Of a DNA stretch of 64,000 nt, positions 40,923 to 50,158 are shown one piece after another (position 1 is the stretch's first letter; the number at the start of each line of letters is the position of its first letter). A model generated the notes under the pieces. That model searched no databases. It had not been told where the DNA came from and worked only from the letters and a program-made list of their open reading frames with translations. Origin of the DNA: an uncultured Prevotellaceae bacterium (GTDB taxonomy: Bacteria; Bacteroidota; Bacteroidia; Bacteroidales; Muribaculaceae); the NCBI GenBank assembly GCA_947165675.1, contig CAMVBJ010000002.1, positions 45,570 through 109,569 of the forward strand, in the 5' to 3' direction. Position numbers and translations under genes: made by a program.

Positions 40923-43337
40923 ATGAGAAGATTATTATTGCAGTCAATGATGATGGTACTGCTGGCGATTCTGGCTGTGAATGTGGCTATGGCCCAGCAA
41001 CCCCACGTTTATATCAACCCTGGCCATGGCGGCTATGACAGTGATGACCGGAATATGGTCATTTATCCGTTCACTCAGGGCGATAGTGCTGGCTCGTGGG
41101 AGAGTAAGTCCAACCTGCGCAAGGGACTTGCCCTGAAGGAAATTCTGGAAAAGAAAGGCTATAAGACAACGATTTCGCGAGTCGCCAATACCACGGCCGA
41201 CGATCTGGCCCTCTCGACAATTGTCGCCCTGTGCAATCAGAGTGGTGCAGATGTGTTCTATTCTATCCACAGCAATGCAACGGGCACCAGCTCGGTGGCC
41301 AATTTCCCGATGGTCTTCTATCGTGGCTATACCGGTAGTCCACAAATTGCCAATGCCGATGTGCTGGCCGCCGACTTGGAGCCTTACCTGTATGCCAACA
41401 CAAATACGGTGTGGACCAACAATTACCAGATATGGGGTGACTGGTCATTTCGTCCCGAGTGGGGTACCCAGGGATATGGTGTGTTGCGTGGCAATTATGC
41501 TGTCGCCAACCTGAGCGAAGGCTCTTTCCATGACTATATTCCCGAGGCCTACCGTCTGTTGAACTTCTATTATTGCTGGATGGAGGGCTGGAACATCTCG
41601 TTGGGTGCCGACAAGTACTTTAATCGCCTGGACAAGTACGGACTGGGCGTAGTGACGGGCAATGTGCGCGACGACCGCATCAATCGCCTTCAGGAATGTG
41701 CGCAGCCGTTTGTCGTCTATGGCGATGACAACCTCATGCCCATTCACAATGCAACAGTGCGCCTGCTTGATCAGAATGGCAATGAGGTGCAGCGTTGTGA
41801 GACCGACACGCTCCGTAATGGCATCTATGTTTTCAAGTATGTGGCTCCAGGCACCTATACCGTTGAGGTGAGCGAGCCAACCCATTTCACACAGACTGCG
41901 TCGGTAACGGTTAATGCCAATGAGCCCACTTACCAGAACTTCTACCTCAAGCGTGTGCGTGACACACCTCCCGTGGTGGTGGACTATAGCCCCGTCTGGC
42001 ACGAGGGGGACCCTGCTGTGAAGTGCAGCACGCCCATCACGCTCGCCTTCAACTGGGATATGGACAGCGCAACAACGTGTGGAGCCTTCAGGCTGGAACC
42101 ACATGTCGAGGGCTCCTTCAAGTGGGAGGACTCCTACTACCGGCTGACTTTCACGCCGACCGATGCCTTTGACGTGAACACCCTGTACACCCTCACGCTT
42201 GACAAGAGTGCCGAGCATGGTGGTGGCACGCCCATGGAAGATGACTTTGTAATGCAGTTCTACACTCAGCCCCGCAACCACTTGAAAGAACTTGCTGTGT
42301 TCCCCTACGAGGGCGCGCAGGTCCATTACAAGGCTCCCACGGTCGAGCTCAGGGTTGACTCGATGCTGGATACCTATAACCTGTTCCAGCGCTTGCGTGT
42401 GCTTGACAGCGAGGGCAACGAATTGGCATGGAACAAGCGAAGCATTAAGTATAACAAGAAGGGTGACGACTATGGCTACATCCGCATTTCGCTGGTCAAG
42501 GACCTTGAGGTGGGCAAGGATTATAAGCTCGTCCTTGATGTGGACATCGCCGACACTGCTGGCATCCACCTGCCCGCTGCTCGTGTCATCAACTTCTCTG
42601 CCGTTGATGCTGGTGCCGACAAGCCCGGCATGGACGTTGTAGAAACGTTTGATAAAGATGATTATTGTCTCGGTTGGGGATGCGACTATATGCATACATT
42701 ACTCCAGGATTCTTACACTGAGGGTTTGTTTGATAAAGCGATGCGTTTGGACTATGACTACGTTGAAGCCAGCGAAATCTTCTTAAGATATGCCCCTGAT
42801 TGGGACCTGGAAAAAGAGTCTTGGGAACAACCTTTCCACCAGGGAGACAAGGTCGGCATACACCTGTGGGGCGATATGGCTTATAGTAATGTGTTCTTAC
42901 GATTCCAGCGTGGATATGACGCTTCTTGGGTCAAAGTTCCCTTATGTAAGATGGATTTCCATGGTTGGCGTTATGTTGAACTGAATTTGAACGATTTCGC
43001 TCCGGATGATGATTATCGCTTGAAAGACATTGTCTTCTACCGCAGCGATAACAAGATGGGCAAGACTGGCTCGCTCAAGCTGGACCAATTGATCAGGGGC
43101 AAGTCAAGTGGCGTTGCTGAGGCTCGCCTGGCCAATATGGAAGTGCACCACAACGGCGACTATATCGTCGTGAGTGCCGACACCTGGGTGCAGGGGGTGG
43201 AATTGGTGGATATCAATGGCCGTACCATCAAGTCGGCTGGCGGTAACTGCCTCAATGTTGCCGATGTCGAGTGCGGCATCTACCTCGTGCGTGTCCACAT
43301 CGGTGACCGCACGGCAACCCAGAAGGTCAAGCTGTAG
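40923..43337 (+). CDS. Amidase_3 with carboxypeptidase-regulatory-like, Ig-like and CBM-like domains and a T9SS C-terminal domain
   Basis: INPGHGG, WESKSN, SIHSNA, SEGSFHD; Ig-like ITLAFNWDMD...TLTL; C-terminal VELVDINGRTIK...GIYLVRVH...ATQKVKL is typical of a T9SS CTD. Confidence 0.85.
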   Translation: MRRLLLQSMMMVLLAILAVNVAMAQQPHVYINPGHGGYDSDDRNMVIYPFTQGDSAGSWESKSNLRKGLALKEILEKKGYKTTISRVANTTADDLALSTIVALCNQSGADVFYSIHSNATGTSSVANFPMVFYRGYTGSPQIANADVLAADLEPYLYANTNTVWTNNYQIWGDWSFRPEWGTQGYGVLRGNYAVANLSEGSFHDYIPEAYRLLNFYYCWMEGWNISLGADKYFNRLDKYGLGVVTGNVRDDRINRLQECAQPFVVYGDDNLMPIHNATVRLLDQNGNEVQRCETDTLRNGIYVFKYVAPGTYTVEVSEPTHFTQTASVTVNANEPTYQNFYLKRVRDTPPVVVDYSPVWHEGDPAVKCSTPITLAFNWDMDSATTCGAFRLEPHVEGSFKWEDSYYRLTFTPTDAFDVNTLYTLTLDKSAEHGGGTPMEDDFVMQFYTQPRNHLKELAVFPYEGAQVHYKAPTVELRVDSMLDTYNLFQRLRVLDSEGNELAWNKRSIKYNKKGDDYGYIRISLVKDLEVGKDYKLVLDVDIADTAGIHLPAARVINFSAVDAGADKPGMDVVETFDKDDYCLGWGCDYMHTLLQDSYTEGLFDKAMRLDYDYVEASEIFLRYAPDWDLEKESWEQPFHQGDKVGIHLWGDMAYSNVFLRFQRGYDASWVKVPLCKMDFHGWRYVELNLNDFAPDDDYRLKDIVFYRSDNKMGKTGSLKLDQLIRGKSSGVAEARLANMEVHHNGDYIVVSADTWVQGVELVDINGRTIKSAGGNCLNVADVECGIYLVRVHIGDRTATQKVKL

Positions 43338-43374
43338 CATCTGGCTCAGAACTATAAAAAATAAATCATTAAGC

Positions 43375-43406
43375 GATAGGGTTCCAACGGGAATCCTATT
43401 GTTTTT
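43375..43406 (+). terminator. Intrinsic terminator after the amidase cluster
   Basis: ATAGGGTTCC-AACG-GGAATCCTAT stem-loop followed by TGTTTTT. Confidence 0.7.
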
Positions 43407-43411
43407 GTCAA

Positions 43412-43432
43412 AAACTGACATTTTGTCAGTTT
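43412..43432. promoter_or_regulatory. Palindrome AAACTGACA-TTT-TGTCAGTTT, candidate activator site upstream of hsp20
   Basis: Perfect 9-bp inverted repeat about 75 bp upstream of a sigma54-type promoter; further TGACA/TGTCA half-sites nearby. Confidence 0.55.
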
Positions 43433-43503
43433 CTTGGTTTAAAATAGTTTAAAAAACTGACACCGCTGTCCGAGGTTTTTAACGGTGGTTAAACATTGGC
43501 CCC

Positions 43504-43520
43504 TTGGCACTGGTTTTGCT
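43504..43520 (+). promoter_or_regulatory. Sigma54 (RpoN)-type -24/-12 promoter of hsp20
   Basis: TTGGCAC-TGGTT-TTGCT matches TGGCAC-N5-TTGCW with exact GG-N10-GC spacing. Confidence 0.65.
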
Positions 43521-43622
43521 TGATAGGAGGGTGCAAGCGGGTTGCTGAAAGGCCCCGTGAGTGAAACAAGAAACAATTAATAAACAACAAGACTCATAAA
43601 TAAAAAATAGGAGGTAATGATT

Positions 43623-44075
43623 ATGTATTTTCCTGTAATTCGTAACAACCGCAACAACTGGTTAGACACCGCATTTAATGACTTCTTTGACACCGACTGG
43701 ATGCCGCGCACGGCGACAACTGCTCCCGCTGTCAACGTTAAGGAGAGCGACAAGGCCTTCACGATGGAGGTCGCTGCCCCGGGTCTGAAAAAGGAATTTT
43801 GCAAGGTCAATATCAACGAGGATGGAAACCTGGTCGTCAAGATCGAGCACAAGGTCGAGCATGAGGACAAGGACTGCAAGGAGCAGGGCGAGAAGTGCCA
43901 TTACATCCGCCGTGAGTTCTCCTACACCAACTACGAGCAGACTTACATCCTGCCCGACGAGGTGGACAAGGAATCCATCAGCGCTAAGGTCGAGGACGGC
44001 GTCCTGACCATCGAGCTCCCGAAGGTGGCACCCGATCCCGTGAAAAAGATGGATCGTGCAATTGAGATTGGCTAA
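43623..44075 (+). CDS. Hsp20/alpha-crystallin small heat-shock protein
   Basis: PAVNVKE...EVAAPGL, RREFSY...LPDEVD...SAKVEDGVLTIELPK; AGGAGGT lies 7 nt before ATG 43623. Confidence 0.96.
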   Translation: MYFPVIRNNRNNWLDTAFNDFFDTDWMPRTATTAPAVNVKESDKAFTMEVAAPGLKKEFCKVNINEDGNLVVKIEHKVEHEDKDCKEQGEKCHYIRREFSYTNYEQTYILPDEVDKESISAKVEDGVLTIELPKVAPDPVKKMDRAIEIG

Positions 44076-44105
44076 TAGGCAAATCACTTGCGATTTTAAA
44101 GATTT

Positions 44106-44141
44106 AGGCTATCCGCTACTTGAGGGCGGATAGCCTTTTTT
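44106..44141 (+). terminator. Intrinsic terminator after hsp20
   Basis: AGGCTATCCGC / GCGGATAGCCT 11-bp stem plus T-run. Confidence 0.88.
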
Positions 44142-44363
44142 AGGTACTCGGGTTTTCCCGTGTTCAATGAGGGTGGGCAGGAGTCACAGGTTGATGTGAT
44201 GGTTAACGAGTGTAATTGTGTGTTAAATTTGTGTTTATTTAGGGGTGTTTTTGGGATGATAGTGGCGTTTTAATTGAAAAATTGCATAACTTTGTCGCCT
44301 TGAAAATCGGTAAAGCACCGATTTTAACGATATATTAACATAAAAGTACGTCTGTTAACCGTA

Positions 44364-45224
44364 ATGGCAGGTAACAAAGGTCAAGATATTACCCTGATAG
44401 CTGAGAGCAGCACCACTCGCACCGAGTGGTCATTGATTAATAACGGAGAAGTGCTGGAGCACGCCTTCACTTCGGGATTGAACCCGTTTTTTATGACTCG
44501 TCGAGAGATCAGTCACAGTATCCGCTTGGAGCTGCCTCCTGAATTTTTTAAACGTCGCTGGAGCCATGTTTACTTCTATGGCGCTGGTTGCTCTGGCCCC
44601 GAGAAGAACAAGATCATTGAGTCGTCCCTGGTAGCGCAATTCAAGACGCCGGTGACGGTCGAGAGCGACCTGCTGGGGGCTGCACGGGGTTTGCTTGTGC
44701 GCGATACGGGTTTGGCGTGCATCCTGGGCACGGGTAGCAACTCTTGCCTGTATGATGGTACCAAGATTGTAAAGAATGTTCCCGCGCTGGGCTTCATCCT
44801 GGGGGATGAGGGCAGTGGGGCTGCATTGGGGCGTGTGTTCCTTGGGGATGCTCTCAAGGGGTTAGCTCCACATGTGTTGACCGAAGCCTTCTTTGATAAG
44901 TATCAGGTGACTCCTGCCGTAGTGCTTGACGCGGTGCTTAACAATCCGGCGGCGACCCGCAACCTGCGTGCCTATTCTTTCTTCTTGAGTGAGCATCTGG
45001 ACAACCCCTATGTGCACGACTTGATAGCTGGAGAATTCAAGCGTTTCTTTGAGCGCAACGTGGCGCAATATGACTACAAGAGTTATCCCGTCAACTTTGT
45101 CGGCCCCATCGCCACGACCTATAGCGAGATCCTGCTTGAGGTGGCACACGACTTCGGTGCTACGGTGAGGAAAATCGTCCTCAGCAGTATGCCCGGCTTG
45201 GTGGCTTACCACAGCGAGGCTTAG
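44364..45224 (+). CDS. BadF/BadG-type (ASKHA) amino-sugar kinase, copy 1
   Basis: YFYGAGC, SDLLGAAR, ACILGTGSNSC, GFILGDEGSGA. Confidence 0.88.
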   Translation: MAGNKGQDITLIAESSTTRTEWSLINNGEVLEHAFTSGLNPFFMTRREISHSIRLELPPEFFKRRWSHVYFYGAGCSGPEKNKIIESSLVAQFKTPVTVESDLLGAARGLLVRDTGLACILGTGSNSCLYDGTKIVKNVPALGFILGDEGSGAALGRVFLGDALKGLAPHVLTEAFFDKYQVTPAVVLDAVLNNPAATRNLRAYSFFLSEHLDNPYVHDLIAGEFKRFFERNVAQYDYKSYPVNFVGPIATTYSEILLEVAHDFGATVRKIVLSSMPGLVAYHSEA

Positions 45225-45480
45225 GGACTGCTTCTCCTGAGTTTAGGTCAACTTCAATATCATCGCCTATATTTTACTACAAGATTAATGCGCATTTCCC
45301 AGTCGCCAATAATCAGTTGCGTTAATTATAGCGAAATAAAGTATTTGGTGTTTTTCTTAAAAAGTGTAGTTGATTTATAAAAAATGTTATCGTAGGGCAA
45401 TTTAGACGGTTTTGTTTTGCTTTTTCATTTGGTTTGACTACTTTTGTTGCATTAGATAACGACAAAAAAAAGTATAACCG

Positions 45481-48400
45481 ATGAAGAAATCAAGCAAAGT
45501 GTTGTTGAGTGTCGTGGTGGCTGTGGCCGCCGCGATGCCCGTGTGTGCTCAGGATCAAGTGTTCACCCCCGAACAGCAGGAGACTGTGCAACGCATCGTG
45601 GCCTCGAAACTGCCCGAGCACATGGGCGTGGGCGACCTCAAGGTGCGCTCGCTCGTGCTGGAGAACGACACCGTCAAGGTTGACGTGAGCGAGAACTTCG
45701 GTGACGTGCCATTCACCCAAGAGGGTGTCGAGAAGATGCGCGACGAGATCCGTGACGCACTGGGCGGTGACTATCAAGACAGTCCGGTGTTGATCACCAT
45801 CGTGGGCAACGACATCAACAAGTACTTTGCCGACTATGAGCCAGCCTACAAACGCTCTCATGCACCCTTCATCAGCGAACTGGACGCCAATCGCCATTAC
45901 AAGCACGGCCTGGATGGCAACATCATCGCCATGTGGCCCAGCCATGGCTGGTATTTCGAGCCTAAGTTGAACCGTTGGGAGTGGCAGCGTGCCCGCCTGA
46001 TGCAGACTGTCGAGGACATGTACACCCACAGTTATGTGCTGCCGTTCCTCATCCCGATGCTGGAAAATGCGGGTGCATATGTGTGGAACGCACGCGAGCG
46101 AGACACCCACAACTATGGTGCCGTGGTCGATAACGACCCGAGCGAACTGGCTCAGCAAGGCTACAGCGAGCACAATGGCAAGCAGAAGTGGCAGGCTGGT
46201 AAGGGCGTTGGTTTTGCCTTCCTGCGTGACCAGTACAAGGACTTTGAGAATCCCTTTACCGAGGGCACTTACCGCATGGTCAAGGCCGAGAAGGACAAGA
46301 AGAAACTATCGACAGCCACGTGGGACGTGGAAATGCCCTATGCTGGCGACTACGCCATCTATATTTCCTATCAATCACTGCCCAATAGCGCCCGCGATGT
46401 GACCTATACCGTCAATAGCTTGGCTGGCAAGCGCCAGTTCCGTGTGGACCAGACGATGGCTGGTGGCGTGTGGGTCTATCTGGGAACCTTCCCGCTGGCC
46501 AAGGGCATGAACAAGGACGTCGTCGAGGTGTCCAACCTGAGTGAGGACAAGAACGCTGTCATCACCGCCGATGCCATCAGCGTGGGTGGCGGATATGGCA
46601 ACATTGCCCGCCGTGTGGCCCTGCCCACCGAGGAGAACCTGGCCATTGTCGCCGAGCAGAAGGCTCAGGGCGAGAACAACGAGTCCTGCCTGGGCAAGCC
46701 TGGCGTGGAGTACAGTTACATCGGCAGTGGCAACCATCCCTGGTTCCACCTGGGATCACGCTACTACTTGCAGTGGGCCGGTTTTCCTGACAGTGTCTAT
46801 TCCACCTCACGGGGCATCAACGACTATACCGACGACTACCGCAGCCGTGGCGAGTGGGTCAACTACCTGGCTGGTGGTAGTGACGTGCTGCCTGACCGTG
46901 GAGGCTTGAAGGTGCCCATCGACATGTCCTTCTGTCTGCACACCGATGCCGGCGCCACGCCCGACGACGAGACGGTGGGCACCCTGCTCATCTACTGCAC
47001 CAGAGCAAACGGTAAACAGTTCGGAAAATATGCCAACGGCACGCCGCGCGAACTCTCTCGTCGCCTGGCCAACCTGCTCTCGACCGAGATTGTCAAGGAC
47101 GTCAGAGCCAAGTGGGAACCCAACTGGACACGTCGTGGCATGTGGGACAAGAGTTACTACGAGGCCCGCGTGCCTGAGGTGCCCGCCGTGTTGATGGAGT
47201 TGCTCTCGCACCAGAATTTTGCCGACATGAAATATGGTCTGGATCCCATGTTCCGCTTCGACGTGAGCCGTGCTATCTACAAGGGTATGCTCAAGTTCAT
47301 CGCCCAGCGCGACCACCGCAGCTACGTCATCCAGCCGCTGCCCGTCAACAGCTTTGCCATCAATAAGACCAATGCACATCAATATCTGCTCACATGGAAC
47401 CCCACTCATGATGAACTGAGCGAGGGGGCTGATGCTACAGGATATATCGTGTGTGAACGTGTGGGTCTCGATGGCGGTTTCAAGGAAATTGCTACGGTCA
47501 AGTCCCCTCAGTACAGCGTGAACATCAATGACCACAAATTACATTCCTATCGTATCATCGCCATGAACGATGGCGGCCGCAGCTTCCCCAGCGAGGTGTT
47601 GAGCCTGGGTGAGGTGTCGTCGAGCAAGGGCGATGTGCTGGTGGTCAATGGCTTTACCCGTGTGAGCGGTCCTGACTGGTTTGAGGATACCACGCGTGCC
47701 GGCTTTGATGACAACAAGGATCATGGTGTACCCTACATCCAGCAGATCAATTACCTGGGCTCGCAGTATGAGTTCCGCCGCAGCATCGAGTGGAAGGATG
47801 ACGACTCGCCAGGCTTCGGTGCCAGCCGCAGCGACTATGAGACGATGAACATCGCCGGCAACAGCTTTGACTATCCGGCCGTGCATGGTGATGCGCTGAT
47901 GAATGCGGGCTACTCCTTTGTCTCGTGCAGTCAGCAAGCTCTGGAGAACGGCTACAACACGAGTGACTATCGTCTGATGGATCTGATCTTGGGTAAGCAG
48001 AAGGAAATATCGACCGGTAGTGGCTTGATGCCCACCCGCTTTAAGATTTATACCGCAGGTCTGATGAATGCCCTGCGTGACTTTACCGGTCGTGGTGGCA
48101 AAGTGCTGATGTCGGGCTCCTATGTGGGTAGCGACTTGTGGGACAACGCTGCTGGCAATAACGACTTGCAAGGACAGGCTTTTGTTAAGGATGTGCTCGG
48201 CTTTGAGGGATTAAACGGTCGCGCTTCGCTCGATGGAACAGTCATCTCGGTTAATTGTCCCGACCGTAACTTGGCCAAGGAAGGTGCATGGGAATTTGTC
48301 AACAAGTTGAACGACAGGCAGTATGCCGTGGAGTCGCCCGATGCCATCCGTGCAAGCGACAGCCGTGGCTTCACCTGGTTGCGCTACGGTGAGAACGGCC

Positions 48401-48528
48401 TGCCTGCTGCTATCGCCAGTGACCGTGGCGGTTATCGCACTGTCGTGCTTGGCTTCCCGCTGGAGGCCATGACCTACAGTACCGACTGCACCAGCTTGAT
48501 GCAGCGCATCTTGGAATACCTCAAGTGA
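45481..48528 (+). CDS. Large secreted Amidase_3-like protein with a golvesin/xanthan-lyase-CBM-like insertion and an FN3 domain (often annotated as xanthan lyase)
   Basis: Signal peptide; zinc-amidase-like PSHGW, TVED, LHTDAG, MELLSH; inserted beta-sandwich (ATWDVEMPYAGDYAIYISY...VITADAI); FN3-like LTWNPT...YRIIAMNDGGRSFPSE. Confidence 0.72.
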   Translation: MKKSSKVLLSVVVAVAAAMPVCAQDQVFTPEQQETVQRIVASKLPEHMGVGDLKVRSLVLENDTVKVDVSENFGDVPFTQEGVEKMRDEIRDALGGDYQDSPVLITIVGNDINKYFADYEPAYKRSHAPFISELDANRHYKHGLDGNIIAMWPSHGWYFEPKLNRWEWQRARLMQTVEDMYTHSYVLPFLIPMLENAGAYVWNARERDTHNYGAVVDNDPSELAQQGYSEHNGKQKWQAGKGVGFAFLRDQYKDFENPFTEGTYRMVKAEKDKKKLSTATWDVEMPYAGDYAIYISYQSLPNSARDVTYTVNSLAGKRQFRVDQTMAGGVWVYLGTFPLAKGMNKDVVEVSNLSEDKNAVITADAISVGGGYGNIARRVALPTEENLAIVAEQKAQGENNESCLGKPGVEYSYIGSGNHPWFHLGSRYYLQWAGFPDSVYSTSRGINDYTDDYRSRGEWVNYLAGGSDVLPDRGGLKVPIDMSFCLHTDAGATPDDETVGTLLIYCTRANGKQFGKYANGTPRELSRRLANLLSTEIVKDVRAKWEPNWTRRGMWDKSYYEARVPEVPAVLMELLSHQNFADMKYGLDPMFRFDVSRAIYKGMLKFIAQRDHRSYVIQPLPVNSFAINKTNAHQYLLTWNPTHDELSEGADATGYIVCERVGLDGGFKEIATVKSPQYSVNINDHKLHSYRIIAMNDGGRSFPSEVLSLGEVSSSKGDVLVVNGFTRVSGPDWFEDTTRAGFDDNKDHGVPYIQQINYLGSQYEFRRSIEWKDDDSPGFGASRSDYETMNIAGNSFDYPAVHGDALMNAGYSFVSCSQQALENGYNTSDYRLMDLILGKQKEISTGSGLMPTRFKIYTAGLMNALRDFTGRGGKVLMSGSYVGSDLWDNAAGNNDLQGQAFVKDVLGFEGLNGRASLDGTVISVNCPDRNLAKEGAWEFVNKLNDRQYAVESPDAIRASDSRGFTWLRYGENGLPAAIASDRGGYRTVVLGFPLEAMTYSTDCTSLMQRILEYLK

Positions 48529-48564
48529 CCTTAAAGACCTTAAAGACTTTAAGAACCTTTAAAG
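48529..48564 (+). repeat. Nonamer tandem repeat at a gene junction
   Basis: CCTTAAAGA CCTTAAAGA CTTTAAGAA CCTTTAAAG directly after the stop codon. Confidence 0.7.
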
Positions 48565-48615
48565 GAGAGACTGGACGATATCAACAACAATAATTATATA
48601 ACAACTACTACAATC

Positions 48616-50100
48616 ATGGGAAGAATTAATTGCTTTATTCCGTTTGCCAATGCCGAACAGGCGTCGCAAACCATCCAGAACCTTAAAGAACAGGAACTGG
48701 TGAATAAGATTTATCTCCTTGCTACTGAGGAAGGTGCTACTGCTGTCGATGGATGCGAACTCCTGCCCGTCAAGAGTCTGACCTCAAGCGCCACGATGCG
48801 CGCTATCGCCGAGCATGCCGATGCCGACTATGTACTGCTGTACACCAAGTATGACACCTTGAAGATGGGTCCCTTCTCGGTCGAGCGCTTTGCCAAGCTG
48901 GGTGATGACACTTGTGCCGGTATGCTCTATGCCGACCACTACAACGTGACCGATAAGGGCGCTGATAAAGCTCCCGTCATTGATTACCAGATGGGTAGCC
49001 TGCGTGACGACTTCGATTTTGGTTCAGTGATGTTCTTCTGTGGGCAATGCTTCAAGAAGGCTGCTGCTGCCATGAAGGCGGACTATGAATTTGCAGGACT
49101 GTATGACTTGCGCCTCAAGCTGTCGCAGTTTGCCCAGATCGTGCACATTAACGAGTTTCTATATAGCGATGTGGAACTTGATACCCGCAAGAGCGGTGAG
49201 AAAATCTTTGACTATGTTGACCCCCGCAACCGTGGTCGCCAGATCGAGATGGAACAGGCTTGCACCGAACACCTCAAGGAAGTGGGTGGTTATTTAGCCC
49301 CCACGCGTGTCGTCGATGGCAAGGAAGTGCCCAATTTCCGTCACATCGAGTTTGATAAGGGCGACTTCGAGGTCGAGGCAACGGTGATGATTCCCGTGCG
49401 CAACCGCATCCGCACCATCCGTGATGCTATCGACTCGGTGCTCAAGCAGGAGTGCAACTTCAAGTTTAACTTGATGGTTGTCGATAACTTCTCGACCGAT
49501 GGCACACGCGAAGCTATTGCCGAGTATAACGATCCGCGCTTGATCCACATCATCGCCGACTACTATGACATGGGCATCGGCGGTTATTGGAACCTGGCCG
49601 CCCACAGCAAGCGTGCCGGCAAGTTCATTGTGCAACTTGACAGCGATGACATGTACAAGGATGAGCACACCCTCCAGACGATGGTTGACGCTTTCTACGA
49701 GCAGAATGTAGCCATGGTTGTCGGCACTTACCAGATGACCGACATCCATCTCAATCCCATCCCCCCCGGCATCATCGACCACAAGGAGTGGACTCCCGAG
49801 AATGGCCGCAACAATGCCTTGCGCATCAACGGACTGGGTGCACCGCGCGCCTTCTACACGCCAGTATTGCGTGACGTCAAGATTCCCAACACGAGCTATG
49901 GCGAAGATTATGCGTTGGGCTTGAATATTTCGCGTCATTATCAGATTGGCCGTGTCTATACGCCAGTGTACTTGTGCCGCCGTTGGGACGATAACAGTGA
50001 CGCCTCGCTTGATGTCGAGAAGATGAACCGTAACAACCTATACAAGGACCGCATCCGCACCTGGGAACTCCAGGCGCGCATAGCGATGAATAAGCAATAA
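48616..50100 (+). CDS. Family 2 glycosyltransferase
   Basis: TVMIPVRNR, VVDNFSTDGT, QLDSDD (DxD), YGEDYALGL. Confidence 0.9.
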   Translation: MGRINCFIPFANAEQASQTIQNLKEQELVNKIYLLATEEGATAVDGCELLPVKSLTSSATMRAIAEHADADYVLLYTKYDTLKMGPFSVERFAKLGDDTCAGMLYADHYNVTDKGADKAPVIDYQMGSLRDDFDFGSVMFFCGQCFKKAAAAMKADYEFAGLYDLRLKLSQFAQIVHINEFLYSDVELDTRKSGEKIFDYVDPRNRGRQIEMEQACTEHLKEVGGYLAPTRVVDGKEVPNFRHIEFDKGDFEVEATVMIPVRNRIRTIRDAIDSVLKQECNFKFNLMVVDNFSTDGTREAIAEYNDPRLIHIIADYYDMGIGGYWNLAAHSKRAGKFIVQLDSDDMYKDEHTLQTMVDAFYEQNVAMVVGTYQMTDIHLNPIPPGIIDHKEWTPENGRNNALRINGLGAPRAFYTPVLRDVKIPNTSYGEDYALGLNISRHYQIGRVYTPVYLCRRWDDNSDASLDVEKMNRNNLYKDRIRTWELQARIAMNKQ

Positions 50101-50158
50101 GCATTGGGCCTCAGAGTGTTAGTGCGTGCCGTGACAGTGTCACAGTAACAGTGGAGAT

